From Psilocybe cubensis (taxonomy: Eukaryota): a stretch of 64,000 nucleotides of DNA. The position numbers and the translations under genes are program-made. The stretch is taken from contig CM039010.1 in NCBI GenBank assembly GCA_017499595.2, forward strand, positions 1,240,001-1,304,000, written 5' to 3'. The notes under the pieces were generated by a model, which was given only the letters and a program-made list of their open reading frames with translations, did not search any database and was not told where the DNA came from. The stretch's first letter is position 1; the number at the start of each line of letters is the position of its first letter. Of this stretch, positions 38,959 to 52,148 are shown piece after piece.

Positions 38959-39594
38959 TAATCTTGATGGGGGTACTCGGCAGTGCCGTTGTAGCGCCCC
39001 CTCGCTAATGTCGAACCTTGTAGCACTCTTGTAGCTTAGGAATGTTTTCGGTAGAAGTTCGATGTTGTATCATCGACAACGTGTAATTTCATTCCGTGTA
39101 TTCCTTTATCCCATATTATAAAAAGAAATACTGTGGGGAAATGATTTGTGGGACCCCTCCGCACGTCACCCCCATAGTTGCATTCCACGCCTTTGCCCAG
39201 TATCATCTCGCATTTCAATATCCACTAAATCCCCTGCAAGTGTTTTGGAAACGTAAAAGTAAGCATTTCGTCGTTCCTCTGGTGGCCGAAAGATGGCAGC
39301 AAGTTCATCTGATCGTCTGAACTTTTGATTATATGCTTTCTGGAAAACAGTGATCTTTTACCAGACAAACATTTTACAATTATCCAGTGAATCAGGTGGT
39401 GATTTGTCTACGCATCATGATGTGTCAGTTCTCAGCAGTCGCCGAGCTCAAGCTTGGAGCAATCAGCAGGTCATTCGGCAAGCCTTAAGAAGAAGAGCCA
39501 TATTATCATCGAGCAGTCTGAACTTCCGGCACTTACGGAGAGGTTGACTCGTCCTTTATCTGTCTTTCCAACTTCACCTCGCTTGCACCGCGAC

Positions 39595-40634
39595 ATGAAC
39601 GAGGCTGGGGAATATGCCATATTCCCGCTCACAGTCTTTGATAGACTGTTCGAACGTACTACATTCGTCACAGGGTGGCTCATAGAAGGAACCATCGACA
39701 CCGCTGCCCTTGTCTCTGCATTACAGAGGGTCACTGAGAAATGGCGGATGTTATCAGGTAGACTGCAATCCACAGAACAGAATAATGTATGTCTTTCGCT
39801 TTCTGTCGCATCCGATAAAGGTCGACCCTGCCATTAGAGCGTACAGTGGTTTCTCAAAATTCCCCTTGGTCGACTACCCCATGATTATGCGACATTTAGC
39901 TTGACAACTTCGACTTCAACCACTCCTCTCTCGAAATATGTCAAGATCCCAATACCTTCTGTGTCTACATCTCTTCCTTTGGACGTGTTCCTCCATCCAT
40001 CTACTCCCAAAAGTTACACGGTTTGGGAATCCAGCAACCACCCCCTGACATGCTGGAATATTACCTATTTTCCCGCCGCCAGCAATGGGGGTGTAGACTA
40101 CACATGCATTGGATTCGCGAGAAGCCATGGAATATTTGACGGAGGAGGAGCTGCGCTGGTGATCAACGCGCTCGTCGCAGAACTGAATGGCCGCGATTGG
40201 GAAGTGCCACCTCTACCTCAGGCAGGACTGAATGTCAACCCTTTAGACGACGTCCTTGCGCGAGCGGCACAGGCTATTCAGTATTCCACTCCAGCTGATG
40301 CCTTTCCTGCCTATACAGTCGTTGGACCTGGTGGTGTTTTGAAGTTGGCAGCGTCGCATGTGAAGGAGCGGTTCTGGGCTGGCGCGGATCGACGCATAAT
40401 CCTATTGCCAAAAGTTGTTCTAGATACTCTCGTCGAGGAGGTCAGGTCTTCCCTGCGCAATGGGCAGAAGACAGTTGAGCATGTTACCACCGGTGACGTC
40501 TTGGTCGCCTGGATATTTAAAGTACGCACGCATCACCTTGTCTGTGGTTTATTTATCCATCTTTTTCTGTGCAGACGGTTTACGCATGCAAAAGTAATAT
40601 GTACAAAAAACGGATAAAAAGTAATCAACGATGA
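39595..40634 (+). pseudogene. CoA-dependent acyltransferase (HXXXD transferase family), apparently 3'-truncated
   Basis: ARSHGIFDGGG (HXXXD) and TTGDVLVAW. After the 40522-40574 intron the frame runs into AT-rich sequence and stops at ~310 aa; no C-terminal half is seen. Confidence 0.6.
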
Positions 40635-41278
40635 GAATTAAACCACCAGAGCCCCAAAGAAAAGGGAAAAGTGTGTATGTATTCAATAGAATATTTTAGT
40701 TCGCTTCACATCAAGTGCATCTTGATAAAACTATAGTGATTAATCACCACCTACTAATAGTAAAAATGAGTCTACCCAGTGCGGAAGGGAGGTGTAAAAA
40801 ATCGTATAAAATATAACCAACGGTGGGACATGTGTAGAGTGCTTGCAAATACTTAAGCGCTCAGGCATGACTCAAAGCGCTCAAGCTCGCTCAGTGGTCT
40901 CGCTTTCCCAAGTCAATTTTCTGAGTAATCAAAGAACCTCAGTTCTAAGAGTAGAATTACCTGCTAGAGTTGAATTACCCGAGAATGCTTTGATTGTATG
41001 AAGATCTACTTCAGTGACACAAAATTCACTTAATACTTTGAAGATCTGCTTCTTCACTGTGATGCTCCAGGGGTCCATGACGTTCAGCACCATTCAAAGG
41101 CGCGGGAACCCACGACCACTTCCAAATGCTAATGAGCAGAGCGTCCCGGTACTTAGCCCGGCCGCGATAAGGTGGTATTACTCGTTGTAGAGGGCATTTC
41201 GGAGGTGAAGCTGTTTTCGGTTGCGAGCGGAGTACTGCCCTCGCTAACTTGATCGGCTCCGCTGAAGCCACACTTCAG

Positions 41279-42963
41279 CTAAGTCACTAAGCGGTCAAGG
41301 CTATCAGGGAGTTTTGAGGGTCCTGGAATATTGTTCTCGATATCGTTGACCAGCACTCGCATTTCCTTGACCACTCTTTCCTCCTCCTCGTCTGATTCCT
41401 CAGAGTCTCCGGATTCCTGATGGCGGCCTGGAGTAATGACGCCCACTTGTTGTTTTCCTTTGTGTGCTACTGGTGATCCAACAAACAGAATGGGCGAGGA
41501 GGGAGTAGACATTTGGCCCTCGAGATGCTTGACCGAAAATTTACGCAGGTGTATAATCATTCTGCCTGTCACAATCCCCATGGATGCGTGGAATGGGCTA
41601 TCGTGGTTGAAAGATAAATAAAACGTGGGGGCTGATAAAGTATGTTTTACTCACCCAAATCCAAACCATGGGATACCTGATTTACCCTAGAGAAAAAAAG
41701 GTTTACTAGTAATCTACCGTAGTAACATAAATCTCACCACCACCATGATGTTGTTGAAAATAAGAAGACAGCCGATGCTTAAACGTACGTTGAGACAATT
41801 AAAATGACATGGAAGCCAACGACTCACATAGCAAAGTACGCAATGTTCTCTCTCAATAAAACTGCAGTCAAAGACGAACGTTCATTAAGTTGGACAAACG
41901 TTGACGAAGATGTGATGGCTTTGAGTACAGCGAATCCGAAGAGTACAAATTCAAATGCCATAGCTGAAAATTAGGCGAATGTTCATCTCTGTTGTGGCGA
42001 AAAGAAGAATTTAAAATACGCACCAGGCATCCACAACGCCCATTGGGTCCCACCGTTAATAGCAGGACAGCCGCGCGCCGGCAAGTGATCTAGGGCGTCT
42101 AACACGAGTTTTCTTTGTATAGCATTGGCGATCATGATCCACAAGAAGAGTCCGATGGAAACGATGAAAAGGATTGCGTTGAAAATAGCAACCTTGAACT
42201 AAAATCAACGATGATAGGCCTCGAACAGGTGCAAGCTCCTTACTTTCGTAGATCGGTTAAACAGAACGTAAATCCTCATCATCATGAATATTTCTATTGA
42301 CCACAAACTGATTGCACCCGCCATTCTGGTCGTAGGGTCAGCCGCAATGCATCTAGATTCATTATATGGTCAAAATCAAGAAGAGATGTGCATCAAAAGA
42401 TTAGCCTACAGTTCTCGGGTAACTACACCTGGAATGGCAAATCCGTGAATCTGGAGAACATCGAAGGACACCAAGAAGATGGTATAGTAGCGAATCTATG
42501 AGAAAAATCCGGGTGTTATGGATAATCTCAAGTAGCTATGTCATTATTCATACCCAGAAGAACATAAATTTACTGAAGCAGGGCTTTTGCGACTGTTGAA
42601 TAGATCAATATCAGAAATAGCTCATTACAGCGAGATTTCTCAAACTCACCCAAATATATTTGACCTATCATTCCTTCAATGAAAAGTGATTACCGAGGCA
42701 ATTGAAAGTGGATGCGCACCTCGTCCTCCAGTGTAATGACTATTAATAATAAATAGGGTTCAACCAATTGTTCATTTGAGCAATCCAGAACACTCACAAT
42801 AATCGTGAAGGACCCATACAAGTGAAGTCACTGCCATTTTGAAGATCAATGCGCGTTCACGAAGATATCGGTAAAATTTCAACTTACAGACGGTATAGAG
42901 TGGTATCATTCCCAGCCTTACAAGACGGATCCTCTCATCGACTGAAGTGTTCATAATTGGCAT
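41279..42963 (-). CDS. DUF6533-like multi-TM membrane protein, many short exons
   Basis: AVTSLVWVLHDY, TLEDEV, hydrophobic exons, GIVTGRMIIHLRK near the C-terminus. Confidence 0.7.
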
Positions 42964-44736
42964 GGCCTAGCGAGGAGGAAGATCTATGAAGCTTGAAGGT
43001 TTATGATGGGCGGCCAGCGCTCTCTGTACAGGCATCGCAGAAGTCTACCTTTTATACGGGCTCCACTGACAGATATGGTTTGGAGATTGGCAGAAATGAT
43101 CCGGGTCCGTTACAAGCCGTTCTCCAGCGCTCTCCGGAGCGAAATTACGTTTACGTTAGGGTTTAGCAACGGCACCTTTACCAAGCTTGGGAGTCATTTT
43201 CTCTTATCTCCCTTACACATAAAAAAATTGCTTTGCCCAATTTATCCCCTTAAACTACGCTCAAGCTTCCAGTTTTTGAGAAAACAATGTGAATCGAATC
43301 TATAGATATTCGTGCGGCCACATAGACTGTCCAAAACTTTAACCAGTTTACCTATGTACCCTTACACGAATTACCGCATAGGTCGGCTCGGTACATAAAT
43401 TTATTTACTGACGTAAGTGTCAGGTACCTTGATTACTACAGAGGCGCCTTAAAAGCGATCCGCTTCGCCTTTCGCGGAGTGAATGCCTAGTAATCACTCT
43501 GCGTTTCATGATGATCCTCAAGAAAATTAAGACAATTTGCAGTCAACTGCTTATTGCTCAGATAGACCAGATTTGAAGAGCGCGCCCGTGCGATAAAAGA
43601 TGACTTCAACTCGATGGTGGGCGTTCATACATCGTTGAGCTAAGTAATACTAGTTACGTTTTCTGTCTACAGATGAAACGTATTCTGAGGCTCGAAGCAA
43701 GATCGACATCATTTGAGATTAATATTTTTATCTCACCGACGTGAGATATTTTTAACAACTTTAGAACTTAACACCCGACTCAGAGGCGCTGGTTTCGTGA
43801 TCCAACAGCTGAGAATGTTTGGACTAGATGGTAAAGTCGGACTATTGATACACATGTGTATAAACGATGGGGGTCCAGAGGTGACGCTAACACTATCATG
43901 GTTAAAAAGACAATGTTTGAAAAGATGACAATGAAATATTAGAAAGTGTTCAGTGCACTGTGAAGGAGTGATGTTGATGTATTTATTGCTACGGGGTATT
44001 AAGGAATGTGATGTTATTTGAAGGAAATCTTTTCAATCACCGGCTGGGTAATATCTTGATGGGTTTGAGGTCGCAATGCCTGTGAAAAGTCCGAAAGAGG
44101 CGACGACAAAAAAATCCAAAATGGGTATGGTATGCGAGACCTCGCATAGTACACAAGAGCGGTTTGGTAAGTATCGAGCTAGGGATAGAGGAGGCTGCAC
44201 TTCGGGGGTTCCGGTCCGGATAGGAAGAGGGTATCGTTGTTGATGCTGCTGTTGTGGATTTGTAGGGCTTGAACGTGAGGTGGGAGGGGTTAGGTTGTGG
44301 TGTCGACTAACTGATAAATGTAAGAAAAATAATGAAACTATAAGGTAATTGGATGTGATGTATATTTTGGCGTATTTCTGGCGCCTGTCATGCAAAACGT
44401 GAAGAAGAATGAAGGAACGATGCAAAATGTGAAGCGAATAGTGTAATCAAAGCATGACAAGACAGAGAATGTGTAGGTTGGATGCAATTTTGAATTAAGA
44501 TGACCGATGATGATGTTGAACCGTGAATGTAAAAAACCATGCAAATAGAAGTAAATGCTAGCGTTGAACTAAAGATTTTAAAAATTAACCCGCGTGAAAT
44601 GAGTGGGTAGGAGCTGATGATTTGACAGGACCCACGGTATGCGGTGATGAAAAATGGAGGAGTGTTGCGGGATTAATGAATAAGGCAGAAAAATAGCCGT
44701 AGTGTCAGCGGTACGGAGATATGGCAGGCGAGGGAA

Positions 44737-47700
44737 TTAGCAGGAGAGTTTGGGTTTCGAGGAAGCTCCACTACGTGCAGATGGGGTGAAAATGGCATCC
44801 AACTTCGGCCGTCGTGGTTCATCGAATTCATGTCTCCCGAGAGGTTTGGTTGGGTAATCAAATTGTCGCGAGCCTTCACGCCTCTTACGGCTGCTTCGCT
44901 TCTGCACGTCCATGGAAAGAGTGAATTCGTCCTGGCTAGCTTTAGATGTCTGAGAACGAGACTTAGGCGAGATGGCAGGTCTACCATTTAAAGGCTCATT
45001 CTTGTATTGTGCATAGTCAGTCGAATCTGGATCGTAGACCTGGATGTCAAGCATGTCCACCTCAATATTGGTATAAATAGCAGCGGAGGACGTGCGCGCA
45101 ATCTTAATCGCCTTTTCATTCGCGTAGGCGGGGACGGGAGGGTCTGTCCGCTTGAATCGAGCCTGAGACTGGGTTTGCAGCTGGAAAGCCTTCTTCAAAG
45201 GCGCTGGGGATGAAGGAACGACCACCGAGGCGGGGACTCCCTGGCAGAGAAGACTGTCCTTCGTCAGCTGCCGGCTATTTGATTGGAAGGAGCTCTGCAT
45301 GCCCTTGGCCCTCTGCAGGAAAGCGCCCATCCGACTGGTCGAACGCGTCTTCTGAGCCTTTGGTCGCTGAACAACTTCAACACCAGCCATACTGGAATCA
45401 ACGTCGTGGGGCACCTCACGGTCGCCGAATTCACTAAAGCCTGATTCAACATCGAATTCATGGTGATCTTCGTCGTCGTCGCCGTTGAAAGCATACATAA
45501 TTTCCTCTTCGTCCTCACTCTCAACGCGAACCTCGTCACAGCCCATAAAAGTATGTGTCTGCTCCTTTTTATACGTGGTACGACCATGAAGCGCAAACTC
45601 ATAAACCTGATCGTCGTTTGGATAATGATCCTGAACCTCGACCTCCCTCTCCTCCGTCACCGGAAACAACCGGCCAATGACAGATCTGCTCTTTTCAGGA
45701 GCAGGCGCACGCGTCGATATGCTGACTTTCCTGGTGGTGACACGTTTCTCGTGCATGGCACCTTTAATCCCTGCATACATGTCGATGTCACGCTCTGCCG
45801 CTGCCGGATGTGCGTCCGCCAAACTCTCCTCCTCAAACGGGCCACCCTCCTCGTCGTCCACAAGGGAGTCTCCGTGCATTTCAATCCCCAAAACGGCCTC
45901 TACATCATGGCGAATTTTAGGACGCAATCTCGGGCGGTATGGCGGGAACCCGAGGCCCGAGCATCGGGACAGTGACGAAGCAGGTGAGGAATCGGCAGAG
46001 CCCGACCCACAGGCTAGATCTTCCGCGGTCCACATGTACCGCGCGAGCGCCGAGGAGCGGAACGGCGTAGCCAAGCCGTATGCCGCAGATCCTCCAAGCC
46101 CAGTGCGGGACTTGGCTTCCATCGACAGCGCGCGGTTTGACCAGGCGCGTCTGCGACTCCGCACAGCGAGGACGTCGAGCCGGCTTCGCGCCTCCTCATT
46201 GGCGACGCGAGATTGGCTCGCAGCAAAGAGAAGCAGCTGCGCGAGGCGCTTGCGGCTGTCCATGAGGTACCGGTATTCCTCGAGGGCGGCGGTCGAGAGG
46301 CGTTGCACAGGGGGCACTGGTTGTGCAGGTTGAGATACCAACAGCCTGATGGTTGGTCGTTGCCGGCTTGTCGATGGTTGCACAGAGGGTTGAGCTTCAG
46401 GAAGATCTTTTGGCGGGACAGGAGGCGTAGGTGACGCAGAGAGCAGTTCATGTTCGTCTGAGTGAGAGGAATGGGAGCTGACATTAGAAGACCGGGACGA
46501 CGTCCTAGTGGAGGGAATGCCAGGATAGCACTGGAAATGAGATGTTGTGGAAGGAGTATGCACAGAACTACCGTCGTCAGAGTCTGAATCATCAGGCGTG
46601 GCTGATAGAGGTGGCGGCTTAGTTGGCTCGTCTTCGTCATCCGAGAATGACACTGGCACAATCATAGTTGTCGTCTCCAGGCCAGTATCTTCTTGCACAT
46701 CAGAATTTGGCGCTGCATCGAGAGTGGACAGATCTGAGGCTAGCTCCGCCTCCGCCTCTTCCAAAATCTGATCCATCCTTTCTAACATACGCCTTCGCAT
46801 GCTGTGCAAAATCCACACACAGAAATTTGTTGGATCCTGTCTGCGGTATTCTTGTGAATCATCTTCCTGTGACGAGTCCGCTTCAAGTGTGTCTATGCTG
46901 ATGGTAGGGCCGGCAATCCGGCGAACCAGTTCAGTGAGCACATAGAGGCGATATGTATCCACTAGTGATGAACGTGCACTTCGACGGAGTGCACGAGCAC
47001 GAGGTGAAGTTCCAGTTGGCGCAGTGGTAGAAGGTGGAGACGTAGGTGTTGGCCATGCTTGGGAGGTGCTAGGGCGAGAGGAGAAAAATGAAGTTGCATT
47101 GCTAGAAGGAGAGGCCGGGGATGACAAGTTGATAATTGAACTAGTAAAAGCGAATAAATTAAACTGAACATGATATCAGACATTTGGACTCAAACGCACC
47201 CAACTGCTGAGACAATTTGCATAAAAAACGAACGAGATTTCTTATGCTTCGTCGGTTTACTTGACCCACTACTGACCTTCGCTACTGACGCAGCTGTTAC
47301 CGAAGAGAATGACCTATTTCTCTCCACCTTTTGCTTCTCCCATGCCCGTTCTCGCAAGACACGTTCGTCCTCGAGCGTACTTTCGTGCACATCCTTGACA
47401 ATCTTTTCCAATGCATCTGACAATCTTTTCCCGTATTGTTCGCCGTCAATATGCCTGAAAGCGCCAGCACGGGAAATTCCCTCCCAAAATCCCCATCTTT
47501 CAACTTTGCCGTCTATGAATCGACATCTCACTTCTCCCAAAGCAACGTCAAGCTCAACTTCCTCCAGAAGACTTGTCACCCCTGCCGATCGGTCTAGGGA
47601 GTGCAAAGTCGTCGGAGTCTCGAGGTCTTCGTGCATAAGTTGTGCCAGTTGTGATGTCCATGCTGCAGGTGTTGGTAGGTTGTACGGAAGATCAGAAAAG

Positions 47701-47756
47701 GAGAGAGAAAAGTGGATGGTCGGTTCAGAAAGCGCAGGAATAAGTTTGAGGAGCAT
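44737..47756 (-). CDS. Uncharacterised Ser/Pro/Asp-rich protein, two main exons
   Basis: 188-aa and 796-aa ORFs separated by an intron at ~47130-47197. Confidence 0.7.
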
Positions 47757-49427
47757 TGCTGATGGAAGACTGGCTTGCGATGCTGAAGCTATGTTTGTGC
47801 GCGCAGCGGACCACTCATGCCAATTCGATGGTTCAAAAAAAAAGATGAAAATAAGAAAGGAAAGACGGTGTTGTTATGGATTTACAGCTAGCAGCAGGAA
47901 CACTGTCAACGACCTTCACTGTGGGTAATGAAGAAGGATACTTGCCAGAACAAATGATTACGTTGATCCAGACAGTCCCAAAGAATTACCGGTGGGCACA
48001 ATTACGGCGGCTTGAGTTGACTAGGAGTTCAAGGCTTCAAGTGGCCGTGATACAATGTGTGGCACTACGGTGCTATACGTGGGCTGACAATAGGGGTCGA
48101 GAAATGGAAAGGAGGCTGACAGTCTCCAAAAACCTAACAATGGTCCTGTCCAGAGGCAATGATAGGTAACTAGAGATTGACGATAACCTGGAAGACACGA
48201 TGCAAGCCTGCCAGACTAAACCAGGGATGAGAACAGGAAGTAAGGGCTAAAAATTGCAACCCCCGAGTACGTATGTTCGCGTTAGACCGGATCGGGCCCA
48301 TTGTCATAAGCGAAATTGCAACATCGCATCCTTCTGATGTGCCCATTTTCGTAATTCTTCTTCGACACTACTTTCTGTGGGTGTTTAGTGCGCATTCAAA
48401 TCTCAGACTGCAGAGGATACTGCAAGTCGAATAGCATTCGACTCGAAAGATTCCCCGCCATAAATGTGAACATAACTGTCCCCTATATCCGATATAACTT
48501 GGAAACGCGGAAGCTTTGAGACATGTGTGGCACGCGATGGGGAGAAAGTCAAATTCACGCTTCCTTTCTGGGACGATTCAGTGGACCTAGATCACCTGAC
48601 CGTCTTTTCTCCCACGGGGGCTTCTTAGCTCAGGGACACGATAAGGCCCAACGATGGGACTCTCTTGTACTGTACCAACTCGTAGCATTCTTTGCTCGTT
48701 TCCCCTCGCTCTCTTTGCATGTATGTCTGGAGAATTGGCGACCCATTTAGACTCCTCGTATCAAGATCCGTGGGCTCTGTATTGCGCCTTCTTTGGGACT
48801 CAATTCACTTGTCCAGACTCTAAAATTGGGCTCTTATCGTCATTCTCGCCGAAATGTATACGAAACGCCTCGAATATCCGTCTCTCGGCACACCACGCAT
48901 GACTCGATAAGTACATGCCATTCGGCACTATCAAAGCTATCTAGGACAATATCTTCCATGTCCAGGCCGTTATTTCTTCGCTTTATGAGATAAAAACTGC
49001 CCTAAAAGTCTTTCTCAATCTTTCACTTGCACTGATGCCATAGGTCGATAATACGACATGATCATGATATGACGACCACCTATGACTATCCCATCATCCA
49101 AATGGACCGAAGTAAAACCACAAATCAAATACAAGCCATGAAACTGCGTCACTAAACTCTGTCTACGCTACTTTGACTAGGATTTCTTGATGTCTATTGC
49201 GCAAGTCCTGACATCATGAATGCAAGCAGACGTCATACTCATGCCGACATCTCCGAAGAAAATAGCCATACTTGGATATTGTTGAACGTAGCTATCTCCG
49301 GACTACCATGATGCTTCTCAAATCTACCCCATGATTCCCAACTACAATCTACAACTCCCATCAAATCAACTTCTTCAGTTATTTTTTTCCATTTTTCTAA
49401 ACATTCGCCAAAATAAACTACCTACAA

Positions 49428-49841
49428 CTAAAATCCTGGAACACCAAGGTATTTGAAAAGCGCAAAGAAATCCAAATACTCCCTGACTTCCTGAATCTTG
49501 CCCTTTTCGTTAAGTATCAATTTTACAATTGCATACGTCTCGTAGTGCTTCTCGCCAGGTCCATCGAGTGTTCTGTATACCTCGAGCACGGCGACGTTAC
49601 CGTCGACCGTCAGCCCGACGAGCTTGGTAGTACTTTTATCGGCACCTTCATTCAGCTGCTCTGTACCCTGGCGCCGCTGCACGTATGGCATGTCGCCCGC
49701 CACCGGGATCTTCTCCTTTGATCCGCCAATCCACCAGTTAGCGCTGGGTGTAGCAAGCGCGTCTAATTTTTCGTATTGGTGGCCCTCGACGTATCCAAAC
49801 CATTCTTGAGCGACTTTGCGGGTAACTTCACTGGTGGACAT
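49428..49841 (-). CDS. SnoaL/NTF2-like protein, copy 1 (intronless)
   Basis: 137 aa; LDALATPSANWWI...YAIVKLILNEKGKIQEVREYLD, typical ketosteroid-isomerase/SnoaL-like fold signature. Confidence 0.82.
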   Translation of the reverse strand: MSTSEVTRKVAQEWFGYVEGHQYEKLDALATPSANWWIGGSKEKIPVAGDMPYVQRRQGTEQLNEGADKSTTKLVGLTVDGNVAVLEVYRTLDGPGEKHYETYAIVKLILNEKGKIQEVREYLDFFALFKYLGVPGF

Positions 49842-50785
49842 CTTTGATAGTGTTTATATTCGGTAATTCGCTGTGAGCAGCAATTTAGCTGTCGAACTTG
49901 GCAAGGGAAAGGGATGAGCTTGATCTACTTACCAGTGGATTATTCAACCTATCAACCACAAACAATGTGAGCAGCCTGATGTCTGAGCAGAAATTGCACT
50001 ACTGTACCTCAGCAAGAAAAAGGAGAGCGCTTGTGCCACTGGGTTCAAAAGGGAGACAATTTATACGAAAAAATAGCATATCTATTATGTTGTCATCTAG
50101 TCTGTTATAATTTGGTCCAACCGTTTGAAACTGTACGATAGCATTCAGGAAGTCACATTGAAACATACGCGTTCGTCGGAAGCCTACCATGCTATGCGCC
50201 GATGTGTACGTTAAGGCGATGGTAAATGTATCGATTGCATAAAGTTGTCATAGAATTGTTTAATACGAGAAGGCCGGGCTAGCATTACGTCTAATTGTTT
50301 AAAACATCTTCACAGCCGCACAATCTGCCGGCCCTGTTGGATTTCACACTGCTCTCTCTCAGTATACATCCAATGTAATGTAAAAAATTGAACACCACAA
50401 ATCGATTACTTCTGAAATTTCGGTCGATTTTAAGTCGGGCGCTTAAGCGCTTATGGCCCACTAGGAGTGCAACGCGTGTACATGAAGTCAATTTCAACTC
50501 GCGGTCATTACATGGCGCGAGAGGAAAAAAGTCTTTAACCTTGCTACCGTTGAACAGAGCCTTGAAAGTATTCAATCAGACCTGGTGAGAGATCAAAAGA
50601 AAAATACAATATATGTACTATTACAAGGGGTACACCGTACACGTACTCATTGCTGGTAATGACTACACAGCAGAATTAAAAATGTAATTTTTTCTCAAAT
50701 AGATTCGATCCAGCTGCGGCTACAAGAAATGGAATGCCATGTTTGCACTACAGTCTAAACCTGCTCCAAAATAGAATACTGCCAA

Positions 50786-51199
50786 CTAGAATCCTGGAAC
50801 ACCAAGATATTTGAAAAGCGCAAAGAAATCCAAATACTCCCTAACCTCCTGGATCTTGCCCTCCTCGTTAAGTATCAGTTTCACAATCGCATATGTATCG
50901 TAATGCTTCTCGCCCGGTCCGTCAAGGGTTCGGTGAACTTCGAGCACAGCGACGCTCCCGTCGACCGTCAGCCCGACGAGCTCCGTGGAACTTTTGTCGG
51001 CGCCTTCGTTTAGCTGTTGTGTGCTCTGCCGACGCTGAGGGTAAGGCATATCTCCTGCCACCGGGATCTTGTCCTTCGACCCGCCAACCCACCAGTTGGC
51101 GGTGGGCGTAGCGAGCGCATCTAGTTTCTCATAATGGTGGTTCTGGACGTATCCAAACCATTCTTGAGCGACTTGGCGGGTAATTTCGCTGGTGGACAT
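50786..51199 (-). CDS. SnoaL/NTF2-like protein, copy 2 (intronless)
   Basis: 137 aa, highly similar to 49428-49841. Confidence 0.82.
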   Translation of the reverse strand: MSTSEITRQVAQEWFGYVQNHHYEKLDALATPTANWWVGGSKDKIPVAGDMPYPQRRQSTQQLNEGADKSSTELVGLTVDGSVAVLEVHRTLDGPGEKHYDTYAIVKLILNEEGKIQEVREYLDFFALFKYLGVPGF

Positions 51200-52148
51200 C
51201 TTCGATGGTGCGTATATGTGGTAAAATATAGTCGACCTTTGTTGGGTTCTAAGGCAATTAATGGAAATTTAGCCCTCGAATTTGACATGTGAAGGCAAGA
51301 GCCAAGTTGGCTGTACCTGTGTTATGGTTCCAGTCTACGAGACGTGAATGATGTGAACAAGTTGATAATGTCTGAGGAGAAACGGTGCTTGAGACTGTAT
51401 ATATGAGAAAATCATAACTGCGTTATATTAGTACCACGGAGGTAAACGTAATCTTCCAAAGCGGCATTGGAATAGGAATGTACGATGAACAAGGAGTTCT
51501 GGTTTGAGGCAATGTATATAATTATAATATCAAAATATACATCTTTAGCATGCCACACAACATACAACTTGTAGGAGTCGGACTCCATCCGACCCTTTAG
51601 GATGGTATTACCCAATGACCATCCAGGAAATAGCGTTTATACGTACGCGTTGTTTAGAACCAAACATGCTGTGCGCCGATGTATATGTCCTGGTCCCTGG
51701 AGCTGGTAGATATCTTGATTGTAATGATTCTTCGATGAGATTATTTGGAGCATCACTATGGCCGTGCGCGCCGCTGGGTTTCACGGAGCTTATGTCTGAT
51801 CTCTAGAAACTGGTGTAGATTTATTGTCGAGGTTTTTGAAGGTGTTGTGTGACAATAATAAACCATAGTGGTAGGAAAGACTCTCTTTGTATGCCCGCTG
51901 TAGTGTCAAACGCCGCACACCACTTATGCCGATTGCTTCTGATTTGGCCGGCGCTTACGTTGTAATTGGCGTCATCACAAGGCACCCTTGCTTAACGAAA
52001 AGTTAAAATTAGAAACAAGTAATCCCGCTATACCGATGGGATTGGAAAGCAGAGATAATTAAGAGCGGATATACACGTACTTATTCTGGTAGCCACTACA
52101 CAGCATTAAAATTATACATAGGTGTAGTTTAAGTTTATCCGACTTGAT

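Noticed and set aside
41030-41280. Possible structured ncRNA (several short stems)
   Set aside because: No recognisable SRP, RNase P/MRP or snRNA motifs; it lies in the probable 3' UTR of the DUF6533-like gene.
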